Shown here one piece after another: positions 8,241-16,159 of a DNA stretch of 32,000 bases; the first letter of the stretch is position 1; each line of letters starts with the position of its first letter. A program made the translations under genes and the position numbers. The notes below the pieces were generated by a model. The model was not told the DNA's origin, searched no databases, and was given only the letters and a program-made list of their open reading frames with translations. The DNA lies in NCBI RefSeq assembly GCF_046289595.1, contig NZ_JBKBVB010000002.1, positions 15,433-47,432 on the forward strand, in the 5' to 3' direction. This stretch comes from Pseudorhodoplanes sp. GTDB lineage: Bacteria > Pseudomonadota > Alphaproteobacteria > Rhizobiales > Xanthobacteraceae.

Positions 8241-10054
8241 ATGATTTCGTCATCCGCTTTGCCAATGTGAACGGCTCCGGCTCGGCAAGCGCGAACGAGA
8301 TGTTCGCGCGCGCGGTGATGCGGATGGGCGTGCCGGTCTCGCCCCGCAATATCTTCCCATCCAACATCCAGGGATTGCCGACCTGGTATGAGGTGCGCGT
8401 TACCGAGGACGGCCATCTCGGTGCCCGCGGCGGCGTGGATTTCATGGTCGCGATGAACCCACAGACCTTCGACAAGGACGTCGCGATGATCGAGCCGGGA
8501 GGCTACCTCCTCTACGACTCGACCAAGCCCCTGCCGGCCTCAAAATTCCGCGAGGACATCAACGTCATCGGCGTGCCGCTGACCGCGATCTGCAACAAGG
8601 AATATACCGACCCGCGCCAGCGGCAGCTGTTCAAGAACATCATTTATCTCGGCGTGCTCTCGGCCCTGCTCGAGATGGACGCCACGGTGATCGAGACCCT
8701 GATCGGCGAGCAATATAAGGGCAAGGACAAGCTGATCGGCCCGAATGTGCATGCGCTGCATCTGGGCCGAGACTGGGCGCTTGCGAACCTGAAATGCCCG
8801 ATCGGCCTGCGCATCCGCAAGGCCGACAAGGTCGGCGACCGCATTTTCATCGAAGGCAATGCGGCCGCGGCGCTCGGCGCGGTCTATGGCGGCGCGACCG
8901 TCTGCGCATGGTATCCGATCACGCCGTCATCCTCGCTGGCCGAGGCTTTCACCCGCTATTGCGCCAGGCTGCGCGTCGACAAGGATACCGGCGAGGCAAA
9001 ATACGCCATCATCCAGGCCGAGGACGAACTCGCCTCGATCGGCATGGTGATCGGCGCCTCGTGGAACGGCGCCCGCGCCTTCACCTCGACTTCCGGGCCC
9101 GGCATATCGCTGATGCAGGAATTTCTGGGCCTCGCCTATTTCGCGGAAATCCCGTCGGTCATCTTCAACGTTCAGCGTGCTGGCCCCTCGACCGGCATGC
9201 CGACGCGCACACAGCAATGCGACCTGATCTCCTGCGCCTATGCCTCGCATGGCGATACCAAGCATGTGATGCTGTTCCCCGAGGATCCGCACGAGGCCTT
9301 CCGGTTCGGTGCCGATGCATTCGACCTCGCCGAGCGGCTGCAGACCCCGATCTTCGTCATGCTCGATCTCGACATCGGCATGAATCATCGCCTCTGCGCG
9401 CCGCTGACATGGGACGACAATCGCAAGTTCGACCGCGGCAAGGTCATGACCCGTGCCGAACTGGAGGCCGGCACCGAATTCGGCCGCTATCTCGATGTGC
9501 ATGGCGACGGTATTCCGTTTCGCACCTATCCCGGCACGCATCCCACCAGAGGGTCGTTCTTCACCCGCGGCACTTCCCGCGACCGCTATGCGCGCTACAC
9601 CGAGGAGGGCGGCCCTTACGTCGACAACATGCAGCGGCTCTTACGTAAGTTCGAGACCGCTAAGAATATCGTGCCGCGGCCGCTGATCGCCAATGCCGAC
9701 AAGCCGACCAAATACGGGGTAATCTATTTCGGCTCGACCTCGCCGGCGATGGACGAGGCGATCGGGCTTCTGGAGAAGCGCGGACACGAGCTCGACCGCA
9801 TGCGCATCCGCGCTTTCCCGTTCCATTCCAGCGTGAACTCTTTCGTCGCCGACCACGACTTCGTCTACGTGGTCGAGCAGAACCGCGACTCTCAGCTACG
9901 CTCACTCATCGTCAACGAATGCGGCGTCGATCCGGTGCGGCTTGTGCCGATCCTGCATTATGACGGCACCCCGATCACCGCGCGCTTCATCGCCGGCGCG
10001 ATCGGGGATCATCTCGGCCGGATGAAGGTCAAGCCGATGCGGGTGGCGTCATGA
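8213..10054 (+). CDS. korA: 2-oxoacid:acceptor (ferredoxin) oxidoreductase alpha subunit (613 aa)
   Basis: The N-terminus is SVNDFVIRFANVNGSGSASANEMFARAVMRMGVPVSPRNIFPSNIQGLPTWYEVRV, and the fused gamma/alpha-type domain order matches. The gene overlaps the upstream gene by 28 nt. Confidence 0.92.
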   Translation: MSGGALSSVNDFVIRFANVNGSGSASANEMFARAVMRMGVPVSPRNIFPSNIQGLPTWYEVRVTEDGHLGARGGVDFMVAMNPQTFDKDVAMIEPGGYLLYDSTKPLPASKFREDINVIGVPLTAICNKEYTDPRQRQLFKNIIYLGVLSALLEMDATVIETLIGEQYKGKDKLIGPNVHALHLGRDWALANLKCPIGLRIRKADKVGDRIFIEGNAAAALGAVYGGATVCAWYPITPSSSLAEAFTRYCARLRVDKDTGEAKYAIIQAEDELASIGMVIGASWNGARAFTSTSGPGISLMQEFLGLAYFAEIPSVIFNVQRAGPSTGMPTRTQQCDLISCAYASHGDTKHVMLFPEDPHEAFRFGADAFDLAERLQTPIFVMLDLDIGMNHRLCAPLTWDDNRKFDRGKVMTRAELEAGTEFGRYLDVHGDGIPFRTYPGTHPTRGSFFTRGTSRDRYARYTEEGGPYVDNMQRLLRKFETAKNIVPRPLIANADKPTKYGVIYFGSTSPAMDEAIGLLEKRGHELDRMRIRAFPFHSSVNSFVADHDFVYVVEQNRDSQLRSLIVNECGVDPVRLVPILHYDGTPITARFIAGAIGDHLGRMKVKPMRVAS

Positions 10055-10491
10055 AGTTTTCGCTCGCCATCACGGGCGCCCTCGCCGGCGTCCTGGTCGC
10101 GGCCGGCCCGGCGCTGGCGCAATTCAAGACGCCGGAAGCCGCGGTCGAAAGCCTTTATGCGATCTATACAAAGCAAGGCTCCGACGGGTTTTCGGACCGC
10201 GATGCGCCGCGCTTTCTGGACGCCCAGACGTTGAAATTGTGGCGCGCCGCCAGGCACAAGGATTCCGACTTTTTCATTCAGGGCCAGGACTTCGAACTGA
10301 AGGACGTAAGCGTCGCACCCGCCAGGATTGCCGGTGACAAGGCGGAGACGGTTGTCACCTTCCGCAATTTCGGCGAGCCGATGCGGATCACCTATGTCTT
10401 CGTCCAGGCCAAAGACGGCTGGCGCATCACCGATGCGCGCAGCAGCAGCGGAACCCTGCGGGCGGCGCTTAAGCGAGCGAGCAAACCATGA
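10051..10491 (+). CDS. Exported small protein, DUF3828-like (146 aa), nested between korA and korB
   Basis: Sec signal peptide MKFSLAITGALAGVLVAAGPALA/QF. The mature part (PEAAVESLYAIY...DFFIQGQDF...VVTFRNFGEPMRITYVFVQAKDGWRITDA) resembles DUF3828/YbjP-like proteins. ATGA start/stop overlaps occur at both ends (10051-10054 and 10488-10491). Confidence 0.75.
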   Translation: MKFSLAITGALAGVLVAAGPALAQFKTPEAAVESLYAIYTKQGSDGFSDRDAPRFLDAQTLKLWRAARHKDSDFFIQGQDFELKDVSVAPARIAGDKAETVVTFRNFGEPMRITYVFVQAKDGWRITDARSSSGTLRAALKRASKP

Positions 10492-11543
10492 CCTATCTCG
10501 CCAAACCGAAATTCCACCACCCCGCTCTGCCGAAGAATGCGCTGGGCTATACCCACCGCGATTACGAGGGCTCGATCTCCACGCTCTGCGCGGGCTGCGG
10601 CCACGATTCGATTACCGCGGCGATCATCGAAGCGTGTTTCGAACTCTCCATCGAGCCTCACCGGGTGGCGAAGATATCGGGCATCGGCTGCTCGTCCAAG
10701 ACCCCGACCTATTTCCTGGGCAATTCGCACGGCTTCAATTCCGTACATGGCCGCATGCCCTCGGTGCTGACCGGCGCCAATCTCGCCAACCGCGACCTGA
10801 TCTATCTTGGGATATCGGGCGACGGCGATTCCGCCTCCATCGGCTTTGGCCAGTTCGCGCACGCGCTTCGTCGCGCCGTCAACATGGTCTATATCGTCGA
10901 GAATAACGGCGTGTATGGCCTGACCAAAGGCCAGTTTTCCGCGACCGCCGACCGCGGATCAAAATCCAAGCGCGGCGTCATCAACACCGACAATTCGATC
11001 GATCTATGCGCCATGGCGCTGCAGCTCGGCGCAACCTTTGTCGCCCGCTCCTTCTCCGGCGACAAGAAGCAGCTGGTGCCGATCATCAAGGCCGCCATCG
11101 AGCACGAAGGCGCGGCTTTCCTCGATGTGATCTCGCCTTGCGTTGCCTTCAACAATCATGCGGGCTCCACCAAGAGCTTCGACTATGTGCGCGAACATAA
11201 CGAGGCGGTGAACCGGCTCGACGTGATCGCAGGCCGCGCGCCGATCACGGTCGACTATGGCGAAGGCGAGGTCCAACTGGTGGAGCAGCATGACGGTTCG
11301 ACGCTTGCGCTCCGCAAGCTCGGCGCCGATTACGACATCCACGACCGCACCGCGGCCATGGCTTTCCTGCAGCGCCACGCCGCCGAAGGCCAGATCGTCA
11401 CCGGCGTCCTCTATATCGCCGAGGAACCGCAGGATCTGCACGCCTCGCTGAAGACGATCGCCAAGCCGCTCAACACGCTGGGCGAGGCCGAGCTCTGCCC
11501 CGGTTCGGCTGCGCTCGAGAAAATCAACGCCAGCCTGCGCTGA
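10488..11543 (+). CDS. korB: 2-oxoacid:ferredoxin oxidoreductase beta subunit, TPP-binding (351 aa)
   Basis: The sequence contains CAGCGHDSITAAIIEA...ISGIGCSSKTPTYF...GDGDSASIGFGQFAHALRRAVNMVYIVENNGVYGLTKGQ. Confidence 0.92.
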   Translation: MTYLAKPKFHHPALPKNALGYTHRDYEGSISTLCAGCGHDSITAAIIEACFELSIEPHRVAKISGIGCSSKTPTYFLGNSHGFNSVHGRMPSVLTGANLANRDLIYLGISGDGDSASIGFGQFAHALRRAVNMVYIVENNGVYGLTKGQFSATADRGSKSKRGVINTDNSIDLCAMALQLGATFVARSFSGDKKQLVPIIKAAIEHEGAAFLDVISPCVAFNNHAGSTKSFDYVREHNEAVNRLDVIAGRAPITVDYGEGEVQLVEQHDGSTLALRKLGADYDIHDRTAAMAFLQRHAAEGQIVTGVLYIAEEPQDLHASLKTIAKPLNTLGEAELCPGSAALEKINASLR

Positions 11544-11625
11544 AGCCGTAAACATCGTAGCACCGGGCCTTGCCGCGCGCTGGAAGGCACGGCATGGTGA
11601 ACGGCGTCCAATCAAGGAGAGCAGC

Positions 11626-12579
11626 GTGTATCGCCGAAAGCTCGGCCGCTCGGATCTTTCGATTGCCCCGATCGTGTTCGGCGGCAATGTGTTCGGCTGG
11701 AGCGCCGACGAAAAAACTTCGTTCGCGCTACTCGATGCCTTTGTCGATGCAGGCTTCAACGCCGTCGATACTGCGGACGCCTATTCGCGCTGGGTGCCCG
11801 GCAATTCCGGCGGCGAATCCGAAACCATCATCGGGCGCTGGCTGAAAGCGCGCGGACGCCGCGACGACGTTCTGATCTTTACCAAGGTCGGCAGCGACAT
11901 GGGGTCCGGCAAGACCTTGAAGCGCGATTATGTGATGCGTGCTGCGGAAGCCTCCCTGCGGCGGCTGCAAACCGACTATATCGACCTGTATCAGACCCAT
12001 TTCGACGACATCGACACCCCCGTTGAGGAAACGCTCGATGCTTATGCAACACTGATTGCGCAGGGCAAGGTGCGGGTCATCGGCGCGTCCAATGTCAGCC
12101 CGGATCGCCTGCGGGCCTCGCTCGATGCAAGCCGCAGGCTCGGCCTTCCGCGCTACGAATGCCTGCAGCCGCACTACAATCTCTGTGAGCGCTTTGGCTA
12201 CGAGCACGACTACGAGGCGCTGTGCGGCGAAGAACAACTCGGCGTCATTACCTATTATGCGCTCGCAAGCGGCTTTCTGTCCGGCAAATACCGCTCCAAG
12301 GACGACCTTCCGAAGAGCGCCGCACGCGGCAGCGGGGTCGCCAAATATCTCGACGCGCGGGGTCTGCGCATTCTCGATGCGCTCGATACGGTCGCAGCGC
12401 GGCACGCGGCGACGCCCGCGCAGATCGCGCTGGCCTGGCAGCTGGCGCGGCCCGGCATCACAGCGCCCATTGTCAGCGCGACACGTCTCCCCCAGCTTGC
12501 CGAAATCCTGAAGGCGCCGGACATAGCGCTGACCGCCGAAGACATCGCTGTGCTCGATACGGCCAGCGCGGAAGCTTGA
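11626..12579 (+). CDS. Aldo/keto reductase (317 aa)
   Basis: MYRRKLGRSDLSIAPIVFGGNVFGW...LLDAFVDAGFNAVDTADAYSRW...IDLYQTHFDD. The GTG start has the SD AAGGAGA (11614-11620) 5 nt upstream. Confidence 0.9.
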   Translation: MYRRKLGRSDLSIAPIVFGGNVFGWSADEKTSFALLDAFVDAGFNAVDTADAYSRWVPGNSGGESETIIGRWLKARGRRDDVLIFTKVGSDMGSGKTLKRDYVMRAAEASLRRLQTDYIDLYQTHFDDIDTPVEETLDAYATLIAQGKVRVIGASNVSPDRLRASLDASRRLGLPRYECLQPHYNLCERFGYEHDYEALCGEEQLGVITYYALASGFLSGKYRSKDDLPKSAARGSGVAKYLDARGLRILDALDTVAARHAATPAQIALAWQLARPGITAPIVSATRLPQLAEILKAPDIALTAEDIAVLDTASAEA

Positions 12580-12591
12580 TCGTGGAGCGCT

Positions 12592-13098
12592 TTACCGGTT
12601 CACGCAGTTCTGGGTGAAGCTTCCGATCTGGCCGGGGCCGACGCCCTGCCCAGTCCCGGACATGATGCAGTCGCGGGCGCGATCCTGGAAAGTCTGACCT
12701 GCCGGACGCGCCGGCGCGATCGCCGGCATACCGCCGGTGCCGGCTACACCCGGAACAGTCGCGGCAGGCGATGCCGGGTTGGCCATGCTCGGCGCGGTAG
12801 GCATCGGACGGACGGCGCCGGGCGGTGTCAGGGGTGAGCTGTGGGTCGGGATCGTGGACAGGGTGGATGAGCCACGCGGCGCGCGCCGGGAACCGGCTTT
12901 GGCCTTCTGCCGTGCGGGCTGCGCATCGTCCGCCTTGGGCACAGGCTTCGCCCGCTTCGCGGCACGCCGCTCGGACCCGTCATTGATGATCGAGAATGGA
13001 AATCCTTCGCTGCTCTGGGCATGCGCAACCGGGCCCGAAAACCCAGGCAAGATCAACGCCAATGCAAAGATGCTCAAGCGATTCCACATATCGCTCAT
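12592..13098 (-). CDS. Secreted Pro/Ala-rich hypothetical protein with a C-terminal Cys pair
   Basis: The signal peptide MSDMWNRLSIFALALILPGFSGPVAHA/Q begins at ATG 13098 (alternative 13089). It is followed by a low-complexity P/A/K-rich middle and a C-terminal DCIMSGTGQGVGPGQIGSFTQNCVNR. The ORF-track start at 13155 adds an implausible extension. Confidence 0.6.
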   Translation of the reverse strand: MSDMWNRLSIFALALILPGFSGPVAHAQSSEGFPFSIINDGSERRAAKRAKPVPKADDAQPARQKAKAGSRRAPRGSSTLSTIPTHSSPLTPPGAVRPMPTAPSMANPASPAATVPGVAGTGGMPAIAPARPAGQTFQDRARDCIMSGTGQGVGPGQIGSFTQNCVNR

Positions 13099-13193
13099 CC
13101 AATCTCTAAGGATGCAGGACCAGAACCTGCACCAAGATTTAATATAGGAACGCAAGGGGGGCGGTTTCGGGTCCCGGCCTCGGCGGACCTAGT

Positions 13194-14819
13194 CTAGATT
13201 CGCGGCTTCGCACGCTCGGGTTCCGCAGGCTCCAATGGCGCGAGCCGGACCGCTGCGCGCACACAACGGTCGGACAGACGGCGCAGATTGGCGGCGGTCC
13301 GGATGGCGCGGTCGGTTTGAGACACCGGAAAAGCGCCCCGGCTCGCGGCATCCAGGAGCCTCGCCTTCAGCGCCTGATACGCGGCTTCTACCTCGGCCAT
13401 TGCCGCCTCCGCCGCCGCGACTGGAATCCTCTCGTTTTCGTCTCTACCCAAGCCGACCAGCGTGTCGACCTGTCGGATCAGATTTTGCGCGGTGTCCTCG
13501 GCGCCCCCCAGCGGTCCCGACAGCGCGGAGGGCCGCTCTGCCCGCTCGGCGACTTCCTCGAAATGCTGGACCGCCCGCAACACCGAGGCCAGCGCCGCGC
13601 CGATCGGTTCCGGGGACGGCGTCGCAGACATCGCCGCAACGTGGTCTTCGATCCGCCCGGCCAGCTGCCGTGCGGCCTCGCGTTCGGTCTCGAAGGGCTG
13701 GCCATTGAGCGCCTTGTGAACCGCCGATCGCGCCAGCGCGCCCAGCCGGTTGGTCTCCAGCACAAGCCCCGCGAGACTGAGCTCCGGCACCGCGAGGAGA
13801 TTGGCATCGAGGTAGCGCGGCGAGGCCAGGTCCTCGACCGGCGACCGGAACATCCTTTGCAGGACCCGCACCAGCATGGCCGAGAACGGCCACATCAGAA
13901 CGACGCCGAGCAGATTGAAGGTTGTGTGAAACAGCGCCAGCGTCGTCGCCGGCGCCGCGCCAAGCCCGATCAAATCGCGCAAGGCTTCGATGCCCGGCAA
14001 TATCAACGGCAGCAATGCAATCGCGGCGACGGCGGCGATCAGGTTGAAAACGATATGCGCGGCCGCAACCCTGCGGGCGTTCGGGGTTGCGCCGATGCTC
14101 GCGAAGACGGCCGTGGACGTGGTACCGATATTGGTGCCAATCACCGCGGCGGCGGCATAAGACAGCGGCACCGCATCGCCCGCCGCGGCCGTCAGCACGA
14201 TCGCCATCGCAGCGCTGGACGATTGCACAAGAACCGTCAGAAAGGTTCCAAGCCCCAGAAACAGCAATGTCGTTGTCACCGGATGTGCGGTCAGGCCGGC
14301 CAGGCCGATATCGTCGCCAATCGACGAGAATGACTTTTGCAGGATGTCGATGCCGAGAAAGAACAGGCCCAATCCAGCGATGGCGAGGCCGAACGCTGCT
14401 GCCCGGCCACGCGATGCCGACAGGAGCCGCAACGCCATGCCAATTCCGATCAACGGCAGGGCCAGGGCTTCCATCTTGATCTTCACGCCGATCAGAGCCA
14501 CCAGCCATCCAGTCATCGTGGTCCCGACATTGGCCCCGAACACCAGCCAGACCGCCTGAGAGAGCGTGAGCAGGCCGGCATTGACGAAACCGACAATGGC
14601 CACCACCACCGCGCTCGACGACTGCACCAAGGCAGTGATGACGGCTCCGGTAATGAAGCCGCGGCCGCGATTTGAGGTCCACGATCCGAGGATGGTCTTG
14701 AGGCGCTCACCGGCGGCCGTTTTCAGGCCGTCGGTCATCAACCGCATGCCAAGAAGAAACAGCCCGACCCCGCCGGCCAGCGACGCCACCTCCGCTGCGC
14801 CGATCCCCGGCAGCATCAT
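13194..14819 (-). CDS. Na+/phosphate symporter family protein with a PhoU-like C-terminal domain (541 aa)
   Basis: GVGLFLLGMRLMTDGLKTAAGERLKTIL...GAVITALVQSSSAVVVAIVGFVNAG, plus the second repeat FLTVLVQSSSAAMAIVLT. Confidence 0.9.
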   Translation of the reverse strand: MMLPGIGAAEVASLAGGVGLFLLGMRLMTDGLKTAAGERLKTILGSWTSNRGRGFITGAVITALVQSSSAVVVAIVGFVNAGLLTLSQAVWLVFGANVGTTMTGWLVALIGVKIKMEALALPLIGIGMALRLLSASRGRAAAFGLAIAGLGLFFLGIDILQKSFSSIGDDIGLAGLTAHPVTTTLLFLGLGTFLTVLVQSSSAAMAIVLTAAAGDAVPLSYAAAAVIGTNIGTTSTAVFASIGATPNARRVAAAHIVFNLIAAVAAIALLPLILPGIEALRDLIGLGAAPATTLALFHTTFNLLGVVLMWPFSAMLVRVLQRMFRSPVEDLASPRYLDANLLAVPELSLAGLVLETNRLGALARSAVHKALNGQPFETEREAARQLAGRIEDHVAAMSATPSPEPIGAALASVLRAVQHFEEVAERAERPSALSGPLGGAEDTAQNLIRQVDTLVGLGRDENERIPVAAAEAAMAEVEAAYQALKARLLDAASRGAFPVSQTDRAIRTAANLRRLSDRCVRAAVRLAPLEPAEPERAKPRI

Positions 14820-14826
14820 TGCTCAG

Positions 14827-16107
14827 TCACCCCTCCGGCGCCTCCTCGATCGGATCGTAGCGGGTGGCATCGAGCCCGAGCAGGTTGAAGCTCTGCTGCA
14901 TATGCGGCGGCAGCGGTGCAGTGACGTCGATCACCCCGCCGCGCGGATGCGGCACTGCGATCCTGCGCGCCAGAAGGTGCAGGCGGTTCTGCATGCCGCC
15001 GGGCAGCTGCCAGTTTTCGATATCGAAATATTTCGGATCGCCAACGATGGGGTGCCCGATATGGGCGAGCTGAACGCGCAGCTGATGGGTGCGTCCGGTG
15101 ACCGGCTTTAGCGACAGCCAGGCGAGGCGCTGCGCGGCGGTTTCTACCACCGCGTAATAGGTTACAGCATGGCTCGCGCCCTCTTCGCCGTGCCTGGCGA
15201 CACGCATCACCGAGTCGTCCTGTCGCTCCTCCTTGGCAAGATAGGTCGAGATGCGGCCCTGTTTGGGCTTGGGCACGCCGGGCACCAGTGCCCAATAGAT
15301 CTTGCGCGCCGACCGCGAGCGGAACGTCTTGGCAAGCGCTGCGGCGGCAAAGCGCGATTTCGCCACCAGAAGGCAGCCGGCGGTATCCTTGTCGAGGCGG
15401 TGCACGAGCCGCGGCCGCTGGCCGTCCTTGGTCGCGATCGCTCCCAGCATGCCGTCGATATGGCGCACAGTGCCGGAGCCGCCCTGCACGGCAAGCCCCA
15501 TTGGCTTGTTGAGGACCATCACATCGTCGTCCTCGTACAAGGTGATGGATTCCAGGAAGGCGCGCGTGTCTGCATTCTTGCCGCCGCCCTCACCGTCCCC
15601 GCGCGGCTTTTCCGGATCGAGCCGCAGCGGCGGGATTCGCACCGATTGTCCCGCCTCCAGACGATCCTTGGGCTCCACCCGCTTGCCATTCACCCGCAAC
15701 TGGCCCTTGCGGATGATGCGCTGGATATGACTGAAGGACAGCCCCGGAAAGCGCGCTTCGAGGAAGCGATCGATGCGCATGGCGTTCTCGTCAGCCGTGA
15801 CAGTCACGGTCTGCACCGCCATGCTGAGCGGCGCGGCATCTGCCGGTATCGGTCTCGCCTCAGGTTTCGGAGCGGCTTTGTGCGCTGCCGTAACCGGGGC
15901 GGATTTCCGCTGCCCCCCGGGAGGTCTGATCCGCTTTTCCTGAATTTTGCCGAACGGCCGCGCAGACGTGTCGGCCCGCTCTGGCCTGCCGACACGCCCT
16001 TGCTGCTCGGGACGCTCTGGTTTCTGAGCACGTCCTTGCTGATCCGGACGCCCGTGCTTCACGGGCCGGCGCTGCGGCAATGACGGACGTTTGACGCGCG
16101 ATCTCAT
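14827..16107 (-). CDS. RluC/RluD-type 23S rRNA pseudouridine synthase with a basic N-terminal extension
   Basis: The S4-like region is RIDRFLEARFPGLSFSHIQRIIRKGQLRVNGKRV. The catalytic motif is RLVHRLDKDTAGCLLVAKS. The start is uncertain. ATG 16107 avoids overlap with the upstream lipase gene. The ORF-track start at 16278 would overlap it by about 120 nt. Confidence 0.8.
   Translation of the reverse strand: MRSRVKRPSLPQRRPVKHGRPDQQGRAQKPERPEQQGRVGRPERADTSARPFGKIQEKRIRPPGGQRKSAPVTAAHKAAPKPEARPIPADAAPLSMAVQTVTVTADENAMRIDRFLEARFPGLSFSHIQRIIRKGQLRVNGKRVEPKDRLEAGQSVRIPPLRLDPEKPRGDGEGGGKNADTRAFLESITLYEDDDVMVLNKPMGLAVQGGSGTVRHIDGMLGAIATKDGQRPRLVHRLDKDTAGCLLVAKSRFAAAALAKTFRSRSARKIYWALVPGVPKPKQGRISTYLAKEERQDDSVMRVARHGEEGASHAVTYYAVVETAAQRLAWLSLKPVTGRTHQLRVQLAHIGHPIVGDPKYFDIENWQLPGGMQNRLHLLARRIAVPHPRGGVIDVTAPLPPHMQQSFNLLGLDATRYDPIEEAPEG
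15979..16050 (-). repeat. Degenerate 2 x 36-nt tandem duplication inside the pseudouridine synthase N-terminal extension
   Basis: Units 15979-16014 and 16015-16050 are identical at 26/36 positions by my alignment. They encode RPDQQGRAQKPE / RPEQQGRVGRPE. Confidence 0.6.
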
Positions 16108-16159
16108 GACCGCGCCATACCACAATCCGGCCCGCCAATGCGAACCGGACCGTGCCGCT

